Shown here: one piece after another, positions 21,055 through 33,668 of the stretch
Position numbering within the stretch: position 1 is the first letter of the stretch
Layout of the letters: each line of letters begins with the position of its first letter
Source: Anolis carolinensis
Taxonomy: Eukaryota
Assembly: GCF_035594765.1 (NCBI RefSeq)
Contig: NC_085845.1
Coordinates: 186,822,897 to 186,886,896, forward strand
Length of the DNA: 64,000 nucleotides
Direction of reading: 5' to 3'
The notes under the pieces: generated by a model
Database searches by the model: none
What the model was told of the DNA's origin: nothing
The model's input: the letters and a program-made list of their open reading frames with translations, nothing else
Made by a program: the position numbers and the translations under genes

Positions 21055-21740
21055 TACTTCGTATGTGTCCTGACTGTGTATCATGTGTTTCACCTATACT
21101 TCACTTTCCAATTTAGCGAAAAAGCAATGCTTTTTAAAAAATTTAGTTATAGTCCGTTTTTACTAAAACTTTAATATTAATCTACACAAAAATGTCTTAC
21201 CTGGTGTTTTCTTTAATTTCCCACCTGAAATATTAACTCTCTTCTTTAATTTATTTCTGCATAATTGGTTAGCCTTTTGCAAAGAAGGAAATGAAGTTCT
21301 CTGGATGGGGCAGAAGGGCAATCCAGAAATGACTTGGATTATTCCCCTCATGCCAGCATCAGGGACAGGGGTTCTGAGTTATTTACTATGGAAACTCTTG
21401 GTGCCCTCTTGCTGGAGACAGAGCCTTTCCACTAACATACCTTTTTACATAAACCTCAATTTAAAAACCAAACAAACCACCATTTCCTTTGTGCATATTT
21501 CCCCTAGTCTTATTGATAACTTATTTGATTAAACTGGGAATTCTAGTTTCCCCTTTTTTGTACATATCTTGTTGTGTACACAAATGAGATGGAAGACATA
21601 AAGGGATCTAATGATAATTTAGCATTTTCTGTAATATCCTTAATTGTTAAAGATAACACTTTAATTTTTAGTTTTTATTATCCACCACATCTCATAGACT
21701 TTGGCGATAACATAAAGTTAGTCTCTGACTAGAATGCTTT

Positions 21741-21863
21741 TATCCTTGAAATGACTGGCTTAACCTTGAAGGAAGTGGGGGTGGCAACAGCCGACAGGGA
21801 GCTTTGGTGTGGGCTGGTCCATGAGGTCACAAAGAGTCGGAAGCAATTGAATGAATAAACAAC
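21741..21863 (+). mobile_element. Short BovB/Sauria-type 3' end retrocopy
   Basis: Matches 11938-12050; TSD agaatgcttt at 21731-21740 and 21864-21873. Confidence 0.9.
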
Positions 21864-22586
21864 AGAATGCTTTCTTTGTGCATGGTTCATGTTTTTATTT
21901 ACTTTCTGCAATTATCCTTGTCATGACACATCTCAGTCTTTTCAAATCTGTGTTCGGTTCTTTAGTTCTATTTCCTTTGACTTTTTCTAATGTTAATCCT
22001 TTTTTCAAAGACTAATATCATTATGGTTATAAATTTTGTTGGAAAATGTTTTCTACTTTTCTATAGATGTTTTACAATTTTTGTATCATTTGTGAAACAT
22101 ATTTTATAATACTTTTCAATGTGATGAATTTTATAGAAATTCTTAACTTGCAAGAAGCATATAGATTTATTATATATTTGTATTTAACAGTTGCACAGGA
22201 TCTTATGGATTGTATGTTTCTCCAATTATGTCATAGGTACACACAAAAATCATGCACCTTCCTATTACATATTTTGATTTCACTATTTATTACAAATTAT
22301 TCTACTAATTACTAAGAATCTTGACAATAAAATTCAAGTGATATCTTCTGTACTTAAGCCCTTCTGTAATTATGCAGATATCTCCATAACTCTAATTTGT
22401 ACAACTTAATTATGTAACCTACATGATGCACAACTAAGGCTCTTATTGCCCAGTTGTCCTGTAGAAAAGCAATCTGGCTCCCACTACCCATACTTGTTTT
22501 AAAGCAAAACAGAACTTTTAATTATATACTACTAAGTTAACATGGCAGGTATTTTAATCCTGAATATGGTGAACTTCTGTCTAACT

Positions 22587-22716
22587 CAGTGGTTCTCAAC
22601 CTGTGGGTCCCCAGATGTTTGGCCTTCAACTTCCAGAAATTCTAACGGCTGGTAAACTGGCTGGGATTTCTGGGAACTGTGGGCCAAAACACCTGGGGAC
22701 CCACAGGTTGAGAACA
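22587..22716. mobile_element. hAT MITE (palindromic)
   Basis: cagtggttctcaacctgtgggtcccca / tggggacccacaggttgagaac. Confidence 0.85.
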
Positions 22717-22764
22717 AAGTGATCTAGCTGGTCCTGCTTTGCATCTGTATAGTTCAATGGACAA

Positions 22765-23110
22765 TGTGTTTTCGAAGGCTTTCATGGCCGAAATCACAGG
22801 GTTGTTGTGTGTTTTCCGGGTTGTATGGTCATGTTCCAGAAGTATTCTTTCCTGATTTTTCATCCACATCAATGGCAGGCATCATCAGTGGTTGTGAGGT
22901 ATATTGGAAAAAACTAAGCAAGGAAGGTTTATATATCTGTGGAAGATCCAGGGTGGGAGAAAGAACTGTCTGTTGGAGGCCAGTGTCAATGTAGTAATTA
23001 ATCACCTTGATTAGCATTAATGGCCTTGCCAGTTACATATCCTGGCTTCTTCCTGGCTGGGGGAATCTTTTGTTCAGAAGTGTTAGCTGCCCCTGATTGA
23101 TTTATGTCTA
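22765..23110 (-). mobile_element. Penelope-like element 3' fragment
   Basis: Reverse complement of the non-coding end of the element at 58340-58690. Confidence 0.8.
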
Positions 23111-23399
23111 GAGTTCAATGGGCATCTGAGGTAGAACACAAAATAAACTGGAATATCAGGTTTTCACATACTGACAATCTGTGGTTAATGCAAGCTGAAA
23201 TTCATAAGCCAGCTTCATCCCATGTTTTCAGATCATGATTTATTAGCTACAAATAAAGCATAGTTGGCTAGGATGGATCTAGAGATGGAAACCACACCTA
23301 AGCTAAGCAAGCCATTATTTAGCATTGAATTCAGATATAATTATTACTATATAAATATAATTCTGTACAGTTTTTTTGCATGTCTTTGTTTAGTATTTC

Positions 23400-23709
23400 G
23401 GTACTGTTCCATTATCCAGGCCGAGGTCAAAAGGGGGTTCTAGAGAGAGAGAAAGATAGTCCATTTTATGGGGGTGAAGCATGAGTTGAAATTAAACCAT
23501 TTCCCCCTGTTTTCCTGTTATTCCCCCCACCTGTGCCCCTGTTGTGAAAACAACCCTTATTTATGACATGGGAAGTCGGGAGGGAAAATAACCAGAGAAA
23601 AGGGAGGAAATGGTTTTCCTCTTTCAACTTTTACCCCCTATAAAATGGACTATCCTTCTCTCTCTCAAGCATCCCCTTGTGGCCTCCACCTGGATAATGG
23701 AACAGTACC
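23400..23709. mobile_element. Fold-back MITE with GGTAC termini (Merlin-like)
   Basis: Perfect 21-bp TIR ggtactgttccattatccagg; flanks agtatttc / agtatttt; arms complementary over most of the length. Confidence 0.7.
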
Positions 23710-24431
23710 AGTATTTTAATCAAGGATTTGTTTTTATTTATTTTATTTATTTAAATGCTTATAATCTGCTTCTCTGAACTGCCCACATGGAAGTAATTTG
23801 TGTTCAAGCTATTCACACTTTTCCCCACCCTGAGAGATCTCATTCTCAAGGAAATCTGAAGGAGCAATCACCTACAACAAAGCAACTGATCAAGGCAGGA
23901 GACCAACCTACTGTTTTATCCACTGCTCCCTAACTTCATTTTTTTTCTTCTGCCTTGCCAGCTGGTTGAGAGTTCCTCTCTCTTTCTGTCTCATTTGAAT
24001 ACTTACTTTAGCATTATAAGGCATGGGTAATTAATTAGTCGTTATGCGAACATTAGGAGACCTACCAAAAAAGAAGAGGAAAAAATGAATTGGATGAGGA
24101 CAGAAAAGAGCTATGTGCTCAAAAATATAGAAAGAAAATTAAAAAAAATCTTATTTAAATACTTACGTTAGGCACATGTAATTATTTAGCAATTATAGCA
24201 ACATTAGACCCATCAAAAAAAGGCTGCTACTTGAGGAAGATGTGATGGGAATGCCCTCATCAGTTTTCTGATACAAAAGTGGCATCTAAAACATTGGGGT
24301 CTATGCAAATTTTAAAAATTAAGGAAACATGGAAGGCAAAGGGAAGAAAGGGATTTTCCCAGAAAAAGGGGGATTCAGAGAAGTCAGGAGTTACAACCTT
24401 TAAGGTGTCATTTCTAGTGGACATTTCCTCA

Positions 24432-24490
<59 letters not shown>

Positions 24491-24560
24491 CTCCCCCAAA
24501 GGGGACTCAAAGTGGCTTAACATAAAAATGTTAGTACAACATTTAAAATATACAAATATT
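24432..24560 (-). repeat. (ATT)n microsatellite plus L2-like tail
   Basis: Long (ATT)n then ggggactcaaagtggct, similar to 51525-51590. Confidence 0.65.
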
Positions 24561-25460
24561 AAAACAGTATTAAAGCTAAAGATGGGTTTCAGCAATTGCA
24601 TCATTATCAGTAAATCCCAACCTATGCAAGTTTGATAGGAAGTTAGGCTGTAAAGTATCCCAAGTCAATAATTTCAAAGTGGTTGAAAGGTTGCATTTAC
24701 TTGTGTTACGATTACACTTGCGTCCTGAGACTTCAGCACATTCAATGGCATATACAACAGCATTCAGGGTTGCATCATTTTTGGAAGATATATCTATTGG
24801 ATAGAGCCTTATAAAGTAGATAATTTTAGGTGAGGTCAGGCAGCCTTTGGATGCACTGTTTTACAAGCGGTAATTCTAGACTCAAGCAGCTGCTGCTACA
24901 CTTAGGAATCCCAGGTATATCCCAGTGATAGGAGTGTTCCTTTAACCTTGCAAAAAATTAGAGGTTGAAATTGTAGGAAGGTTAAAGAAGCATTCCACTT
25001 CACACCTGTAGCTGGTTTTTGTGTGTGTGTGTGTGGGGGGGGGGGGGGTGGTTAATCTGTCAATTTGTAACTTCTGCATGGCTCTAGTGCACACATTTTA
25101 CAATGCTCTGTAACAAGATTTAAAAAGGGAGAGAAGGGACTAATAGATAAATGGTTTAGCACTTTGGTCTCCTGCCCTGATCAGCTGGCAGGCATGATGT
25201 GGAAGCACAGTGATAGTGGATTCCTAGAATGATCACACCCCCCCCCCCCCTTTGATGAAGGCCAAAAAGTGAAAATTGTGTTCATGTGCAGCTCTGGTTT
25301 TTGATAAACAAACCCTTACAACTTTTTTGGCCATATATTTAAATTGCTCTTTGCACGTTCATGCTTATTAAACTTTTTTTTGTCTTTGTTTTTAATTGCA
25401 TGCTTTTTCTTCTTTCTTCGATTTACTGGTTTCCACAATTCTACTTCTTGGCTATTGAAG

Positions 25461-25514
25461 CCGTTAAATGAAAGAATGTGTGACTCCAATCATTTAGACT
25501 CTAAATGGCTAAAG
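25461..25514 (+). CDS. Candidate 54-nt ERC1 cassette exon (PLNERMCDSNHLDSKWLK)
   Basis: First AG after ~167 AG-free pyrimidine-rich nt; AAG|GTACAA donor; phase 0/0, no stop. Confidence 0.55.
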
Positions 25515-26487
25515 GTACAAAGAAGTCCAATTTGTCTTGACATCTCTCCTTTTTCTTTCCTGCTTTCTGTTTTTGTAAAGTAACCCTGGAGCAGTAACCT
25601 TGTTGCGTATTTTGGTGTCATCCCCTTTTTATGACAATCAGAAGAAATGTAGTATTCTGATGAAGTGGATTTTAATGGGCATAAATATTAAAATCCTGTG
25701 GTCATACATTGCTCTGTCAACCTACCTAAACACAATTGAAATAAATCTTGAAGTGATTTAAGCTTTAATCTGAGCAAGCACACCATGCTATCACTCATAG
25801 TATCTTTCTACATTTCCCAGAGCAGACCTGCACAATCTGTGCCCCTCCAGGTGTTTTGGACTTCAGCTCCCAGAATTCCTGTCCATTGCATAAGCTGGCT
25901 AGGGCTTCTGGGAGTTGGAGTCCCACAGGTTGTGCAGGCTTTCCTAGAAACTAACTTGCTATAGAAACAAGGGGAATGGAAGGGAATCTTTCTCATTTCA
26001 GAGATTGTAACGGGGCATTAGGTGTAGGTACAGTTTTGCAGCTCTGTACATCAGAATGGACTTTAAATATTCCTTTAGCTGTTCACTTTATCAACTAAAA
26101 TTTGCCCATATCAGTTGGATTTTTTTCTAATCAGCATTCAGTAAGCCTTTCAATGCAAATAAGAATATTTTTAAAAGAAATCACAGCAGCTGAGGATGGT
26201 GAATATGAGATTCTGGTGATAATTTCTCCCTTCTCTCAGAAACTGAAGATGCGGTCATCTGAACTTTCCAGGATATCACATAGATGTCTTTGATTACACA
26301 TTCTATCTGATTTTTTTCTGGACATGCCAGGAACTGAAGCTGTATCCACCTGCTTGCAAAGGATATGCTCTCTCACAGAGCAATATAGTCTCTTCCCTAA
26401 GGATATGGAACAAGGCAGTAGATGAAGGCTCTTCTGCATCCACTGACTCCTAACCACAAGTGGGAAGAGCTCACCTTCCCTGTAGAA

Positions 26488-27500
26488 CAGTATTTCCCAA
26501 ACTGTGTGTAAAGAACTCAGAAAAGGGGAGTAATCCTTTCAAAAATCCCACCTCTGACACCAATTGCAGAGATGTGGAGGAGTTCCTATTAATTAATTAT
26601 TATATATTATATATTCGCTGCCACCAATATAAAGATGTTTTTATTTAAAAGCTGCCACCAAATGTCAATGTCTTTATAGTGCTGCCACCAAATGTTAAGG
26701 GGATTATCAACTCTTGCCACCACTATTGGAAGATTTAGTCATTGGCTACTTAGAAAGGAGACTTTTAAATCTTGATTTTTCTTTCTTCTTCTTTATTCTT
26801 GATGTGTGTATATATGACAGACTGAAATGTTTGAGAGAACAATAATAAGTTTATTCAGGCACAAGCCTGGTTACAATAACTTTTCTTCTTGTTTGAGGCA
26901 CGTTACTGAACAGTTGCAAAACTATATTGAGGTGTTTCAAACTTTAAAATTCCACTTCAGTCACAGAATATCTGTTCCTAGTCAGGAGACAGACTACCTT
27001 AAAATAAGTCACCAAACGTATTTTAGACTTGACTCAAAATCCAACCTTTGAGCCACCCTGATTCTCCAACTGAGAATCAGTCTTAACTGCAATCCCTCCA
27101 ATTACAGACTACCTTAAAACAAGTCACCAAATTTATTTTATCCCTGATCCCCTAACTTAGGATCAGCCTTCCCTGAGCTTCAACAGAGCCCACACTGAGT
27201 TTCCCTCCAAATTCTGCTCTCTCTTCAGCTAACCCAGCTGGATCCGCCCCCTTCTCCATGGCAACCAGCCTCTGAGTGCTGAGTAACTGAAATATTAACC
27301 CTTTTAAAACACAGTTAAACATGGCTTTTAAAACGCAATTAAACATGACATCTGTAAGCTAAAAATCATACTTCTTTACACTGTGCTTCTCTAGATATTT
27401 TGGACTTCAGCTCCCACAATTCCTAACAGCTGGTAAGCTGGCTGGGATTTCTAGGAGCTAAATGCAAAACACTTGGAGGGGCACAGTTTGAGAAACACAG
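26488..27500. mobile_element. hAT MITE split by a solo LTR
   Basis: Left TIR cagtatttcccaaactgtg, remainder at 27381-27500; 8-bp flanks ctgtagaa / ctctagaa. Confidence 0.75.
26507..27380 (-). mobile_element. Solo LTR (874 bp)
   Basis: TGTAAAGA...TCTTTACA inverted termini; 5-bp TSD ctgtg; AATAAA on the minus strand near 26850. Confidence 0.85.
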
Positions 27501-28329
27501 CTCTAGAAGATCAACATGTGACCTGAATAGTTAGCAAAGGAAGCTTAAATATCTTTAAAAATGGTTCAGCTGACTTTCTAGAGCAGGGATTCTCCTTTGG
27601 AATATTATTGGTTCACACATTTCAAAACCCAAATTCCTTAAAGATCTGCAGAATTCTTGTTAATTAGTAATGGGAAACCTTTTTAAGCTTTCAAATAAAT
27701 TTCTATTTCACCATTTCCTTGCCCGCAATTCAAGATGTCTAATTCAGGTCAATCTGCTATCCTCACAGAGAGAAGCGATTATAATTTGAGTAAACATTTC
27801 AGTGTTAAGAGTAAAAGAAGCTGCTGCTTTAGCCACAGGCCAGCTTCATCCAAGCAGTGATCCAGAAACAGGCAAAGATAGAAAACAGTTCTTACTGGTT
27901 ACAATACTTTGTGCCAGCATACAGCTCCTTGCAAAAGCCAGACATTTAGTTGCTTAGTTCCTTTCTTTCCCATGGCCTGGTTCAAATATCTCATGGATTA
28001 GAAAACCACAGAATAGCTCTTTTTCCTTCTCAGGAATACTTCTCCCATGCCAGCAAGGCTCTGTTTGTTATTTGCATGGTTCCCTTCATTTTTCCAACAC
28101 TCGTTAACAAAATACAGCTGCTTCTTTTCAGACCTTCTTTTCAGGTCTGGCAACTTAGGCAAACTTGAATGATGGTTTCCTCCTTTCATCAAGAAAAGGA
28201 ATTTAGCTCCTTCATAGTTCACACAGGAATATGGGTTATACATATTGTCTTCCTGTCCCACTGTAAAGAGTATCTTACAATTGTAAGATACTTTTAGCAT
28301 TCTATTCCAATTTTCTGCCAGTGCCAAAG

Positions 28330-28930
28330 TATTGGTAAAGTTACCCTGACAGATGGACATCCAGCCTCTTTCTAGACACCTCTCTATAAGAAAAATAGGC
28401 CAACTTCCAAGACAATCTATTCCCCTTGTAAACAGCTTTTATTTTCAGGGAGTTCTTCATGTTGAGATGAAATATCCAATAAAAATTGACCCCATTGGTT
28501 TAGACCCTATTCTCTGGAGCAACAAGAAAGAAGTTTCCTGCATCTTCCATGTGGCAGTCTTTTGATTTACATCACATACTATAGTTTATTCTTCAGGCTG
28601 AACCAACTTAATGCCTTTAAATGTATCTCAGAAGGCTTGGTTTTTCAGGCCCTTTATCATCTTGTTCATTTTCTTCTCTACACATTCCAGCTTGTCAATA
28701 ACCTTATTAAAGTATATGCCTTGAATGGAATACTGTACTTCAAGTGTAATCTGACCAAAACAGAAATAATAAACTTACTTCCCTTAAACTTCCCTTAATC
28801 GGGACACTACAGTTCTCTTTATGTAGCCTAGAACTGCTTTAGCTTTTTTTTTTGCCCCTGAGCAATGCTGTTGATCCAGGCTTAGCTTGTGGTCTAGTAA
28901 AACCCCTAGATCCTCTTCATATGTAGTGCT
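28330..28930 (-). mobile_element. Old CR1 LINE fragment
   Basis: EEDLGVLLDHKLS..AKKKAKAVLGYIKR CR1 ORF2 motif. Confidence 0.75.
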
Positions 28931-30043
28931 ATGCCATCTTTCCTTTATGTGTATAAATCTGAAAGGTTTCATGCTTAAATGTTGTTCTTGTGTTTCTTCA
29001 GGTCATTTCTGACTTATGGCGCTCCTATCACAATTTTTTTTTTTGCGGGGGGGGGGGGGGTATTATTTGGTTTTTGAGAATCACATTCTGGCTGTTAGTA
29101 ATTGTTACATTTAGTTCTAAGTGGCCATAGACGTCTTTTTAAATTATCTGTTCTATAATCTGTATTGGTATTGGCAAGAAATATTTCATTGCAAGTGTAT
29201 TTCTCTGCACATAAAAAGTTCTGTAATTTGTGTTGATCCTTGAATTATTTAATTGTAAAGGAAATGATAATTCAGCATGCACTCTATTAAATATTTCCAT
29301 TTTAAGTTGTGAGTGGAACAAAATAGTATCCATATTTTTATATCAAACAAACCATTCCTTTTTTCTTCTTCTTTCCAACCCGTTAATAAACTGTCTCTGA
29401 AATGCAGATTTCTAAATTAGTACATCCTCCTTTCATCAGTGACCTCATAATTAAAGATTGCCTTTCTTCCTTTTCAGGTACTGGCCAAATGAACTTATAA
29501 TGTGCCAATATAATGTCATTGGTTCGTTGTGGTTACTTTCAGCAGAGTAAATGCATGCATTGTAACTTGGATTGTTAATCTCATCTGTTTATCAGTTTGA
29601 TGGTAATAGAACTTTCACATGAACTATGCTTACATTAGTCCTAAACTGCACATACCTCCCAGACTAATCTGGCCACACTGTGTTTAATTTCTGCTAGTGG
29701 GGGTAGAATGATATAAAAGAAGTTTTTGATTTCAAAAAAATCTTCCTATATGCCTTGGTGATCCACCCTGTATTGCTGAACCTTCCATGTCCAGGAAGCA
29801 TACTTGTCTAGTTATTTCTATATACAGCAGTTGCATCCTATACCATACACATATGTCATTATTTGTGACAGAATATTGCTGTATATGTACTTTTTGCTAC
29901 TAATGATAAATCTTTCTCCTTTCATTGTTGCTGTCTTGCCTGTCTGCTAATATCCTGCTCTGCTTGAAATATGCTTGCAGATCCTGTCATAGCATTTGGT
30001 GTTAGTTCAAGCTAAGGGTTAGTATATAATCCTGTGAGTTTGG

Positions 30044-30085
30044 ATGCTAATCTTCTCTACATCATTCCAATTTTAGTATATGTGC

Positions 30086-30116
<31 letters not shown>

Positions 30117-30127
30117 TGATACAGAGA
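30044..30127. pseudogene. U6 snRNA 5'-fragment pseudogene as a head-to-head inverted duplication
   Basis: gcttcggcagcacatatactaaaattggaatgatacagaga is the U6 5' region; preceded by its reverse complement extending to U6 ..AGATTAGCAT; flanked by gagtttggat direct repeats. Confidence 0.93.
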
Positions 30128-30926
30128 GTTTGGATTTGGAAACAACATATCAGTATGAAGATAATGTAAAAAATAGAGGTCACATTTAGACTTTGAAAAA
30201 GTAAAGATGTGGGCGAAAGGAAAATGTTAAAATTCATTTATGAGGTCATCTTGAAAATCACAATACCGTGCGAGCTTTACGTGGGAAACAAAACTGGTGG
30301 GGAAGACAAAGTAGCTGACTCGTAATGCACACATATGCATGCACACATAGTCATAAGAATCAGACATTCTACAGCTGAATTTCCTTCTTTGCTCTCCATG
30401 AATCAACCAGGTTGGAATCACCTGGACGACACATGTTCAGGTAGTTCTAAGCCTTGATAGTCAAGTTAAATTTTCTTTTTGGGAGATGTCCCACCCCCAT
30501 AAGTTTTTTTAAAATCCTCTTTGTTTCCAACTGGCTTGCAAAGGGTCAAGACAGAACTAAGTCATGCTACAGAATCCCAGGTATTTCCCCACCTGCAAGC
30601 TGAACTGGTAAGTTATTATTAGGATCTTGATAGCAATTTTAGGTTAGTGGTAGTAAAAGTTATTTAGCCAATTCTGTGCATTGTTTTATTCTAAAAGCGG
30701 GTATTTTTCTAAAACGGTTCTCTGCTTAATTCTATAATAAATAGACCAAATCCGAAACTTATTTGCTTTATTCATTTACTGGAATTGTCTTATTCGTTTA
30801 CTAGAAAATATATGCTGCTTTTAAGGTGTTTTTTAAAAAGCTCTGCAAAATAGTTTTATTCTTCATTTCATTACCAGGGTGGAAATCATACAGCCTTTCA
30901 CATGTTGCTGAATTATCCCTTTGGGA

Positions 30927-31061
30927 CAGGCATGGGCAAACTTCAGCCCTTCAGGTGTTTTGGACTTCAACTCCCACAATTCCTAACAGCCGGTAAGCTG
31001 TCTGGGATTTTGGGGAGTTGAAGTCCAAAACACCTGGAGGGCTGAAGTTTGTCCATGCCTG
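30927..31061. mobile_element. hAT MITE (palindromic)
   Basis: caggcatgggcaaacttcagcc / ggctgaagtttgtccatgcctg; degenerate 8-bp TSD ctttggga / ctctagga. Confidence 0.85.
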
Positions 31062-33507
31062 CTCTAGGACTACCAGAAGTTGTAGCTCAGCCAGTTCTGG
31101 AGGAATGCAAGATTCCCATCCCTGCCAAATTAATGAAACTCATGCCTGGAATCTCGTGGTCTAAATTCAGTTAAATAGTAAACTACCCCTTGTATAAACC
31201 CTATTCATCCAGTGGGTCTACTCTAGTAGGGTGAATCTCACCCTTATGCAGGCCCGTTCTTCCAAAATAAGAATTACTAAGAACTCTTAATTTCATACTC
31301 AGTAGCATGGGTTAGATCTACTTCTGGAGTACAGAGACAACATGGGGCATCTTCTTCTGCTCTGAATTGTTTTCACAGTAGTCCAGCACAAATATTGTCA
31401 TTAGTTTTTCAGTACTAGTGTGGAGGTTGGATGCTGCTTAATGTAGAGTATACTAAGCAGTACACTAGCAGCCTTGTGCAGCAGAAGTTTTCTTTACCCA
31501 CTCCAGCTCCAGGTATGTTTCAAAAAGCTGCTCCAGATCATCTGGCCCTCCAACCTCGAGCAGATGTGATAGGAGCACAAGACTGTAGGGAGAATAGGAA
31601 TCATGTTCATTGCCTGGTGAAAGGAGTCAATTTGTTACAAGTGATCTTACATAAGTAGTTGAGAAATGGTGCTAATATTTAATACATCTTAATGCTTTCT
31701 TTACAAACTGTGTCTTCTGTAAAATCATAGCTTCTGTGCATTTGTGTAAAGAGTTAATAGTTTATGATTCTATGTAGACCACCTGGCTGTACTTGACATG
31801 CAGCTTCTTACGAAATGCTGTACATTTGGAGAATTAAGGAGCCCTAACCTGAGTTTTAAAAAAAGTCCAACTTACATTCAGATCATGTTCATAAAAGAAT
31901 CAGCGGGGATTTATGGAACCACAGAAAAATATGTGAGGTAATTTTAAAGTACCTTCTGTTTCTGAAAATGAAGAGCCTGGGTTGCTACATCTTTTGAAGG
32001 AACTATATCCTGCGCCTATGATAACATGGTGGAGGATATAGATTAATTTTGCTTATTAAGATTGAAGTGAATCTTCAGTATTAATCTGAATGAGGGGAGA
32101 TGACAAAGTAAATGAGAAAAGATCATCAGTGTTGTATTCTGATTTCACTAAGTCTTGTTTGCTCATTATTTAAATGTTAAGGTACTGAATAAGAATGTTT
32201 TGCTCAGATTATCCATTTTGGGACATGTCTGCCTTTGTTTAAATAACATTGACTGATATTCACCTTTATTTTTAAAAGGATACGAAATGCATTCAGGAGA
32301 CTAGATGGAGCTCAAATATCAAATGCAACACACTGTTCGAAGTGAAAATATGCTCTGTCTTTAACATTCACAATGATACACTCTTAAGGATATTATAAAG
32401 CATGCATGTTGGTTATTTCCATTTTTTTCTGTTTCTATTTTTGCTAAGTAAAGCATAGTTGTCCTGCTTTTTCCACCTTAGAGACCTGTCATTTTTCTCT
32501 TTTCATTTTTTGAGTGTTAAAAATAATCAGTGTGAAGACATCTTGCTTCTCAGGGAACATTAAGAGACAGAAAGAACTGTAAAAGATGAAAAACTGGCAT
32601 GTGCATGTTTCCTAGACAGCTCTGTCTTATTACAGACAAGCAAGGTGTGACCGAGTTCCATGCTGATTGCAGAGCCTAACATTATTAACAAAATGTGCAC
32701 AAGTTAGCATTGGTAACGTGTAGAATTAACAAAATCTCACTAAATGCACTTTGACCCAAATGGTCAACCTCAACAGTTACATAAAAATGACATAAGCATA
32801 ATTGTGGTAGACTCCCAGGGGTTGGCAGCACACAGCTGTAATGTTTTCTGCTCATATTTAAATTTCATAAGTAAGGAAATTCAACCTTCAGTAAGGCTTT
32901 AAATATTCACAAGGTAATCTGCATTGCCTGAATGTCCACATTAAATACCTTTATAGTAATTTATTTATAGCTGTGATGTGTCTTTTGCTTTTGTTTTCTT
33001 TGTTTAGTGAATACAAAACGTGATAATGGGATGCAGCATTATGAAGTTATTTTGTAACTTAGCTGTCCATATGAGTTCTGAGGGAGATGGATTAGTTCTG
33101 GTACAGTGTATGTACCAAAGAGTTATTCTGCCCTGTTATACGTAACTACAGTATTGCTTAGGTACTGAAATTAAGAATATTGCCCTATAGTTAAATGTTT
33201 ATTATGTAACCTTTAGACAATGGTACATTCTAATACAGATGGAACATAAGAGTCATTGCCAGTTGGGGATCAGATAAATGAAATATAGAGTGAGTTACTT
33301 TCTGTCTAATGAAAGTGTGTCTTTACTTCATGATAATGTGACCATTTTATATTAAAACAATAAGATAAGATATAAGTATTCAATACAAAGATAAATTGAA
33401 CATTTACATGTTTCTTGTCCCATCAGTAGGTAATTCTGGTGAATGGCAGAAGTGTTAAAAATTACTTGTTTTCTCTCTCCTTTCTCTGTTATTTTTGAAT
33501 TCCTTAG

Positions 33508-33668
33508 GTAGAAGAATTGATGATGGCTATGGAAAAAGTAAAACAGGAACTGGAATCCATGAAGGCAAAGCTGTCTTCTACCCAGCAGTCTCTGGCTGAG
33601 AAGGAAACGCATTTGACCAACTTACGAGCTGAGAGGAGAAAACATTTAGAGGAGGTCCTAGAGATGAA
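33508..33668 (+). CDS. ERC1: ERC1 internal coding exon (161 nt)
   Basis: ccttag acceptor, AA|gtatgc donor; VEELMMAMEKVKQELESMKAKLSSTQQSLAEKETHLTNLRAERRKHLEEVLEMK. Confidence 0.96.

Noticed and set aside
26617-26725. CRISPR-like repeat-spacer pattern
   Set aside because: 10-nt repeats inside a vertebrate LTR; no cas genes
30082-30127. Functional U6 gene
   Set aside because: Only the 5' half is present, with no upstream PSE/TATA or oligo-T terminator
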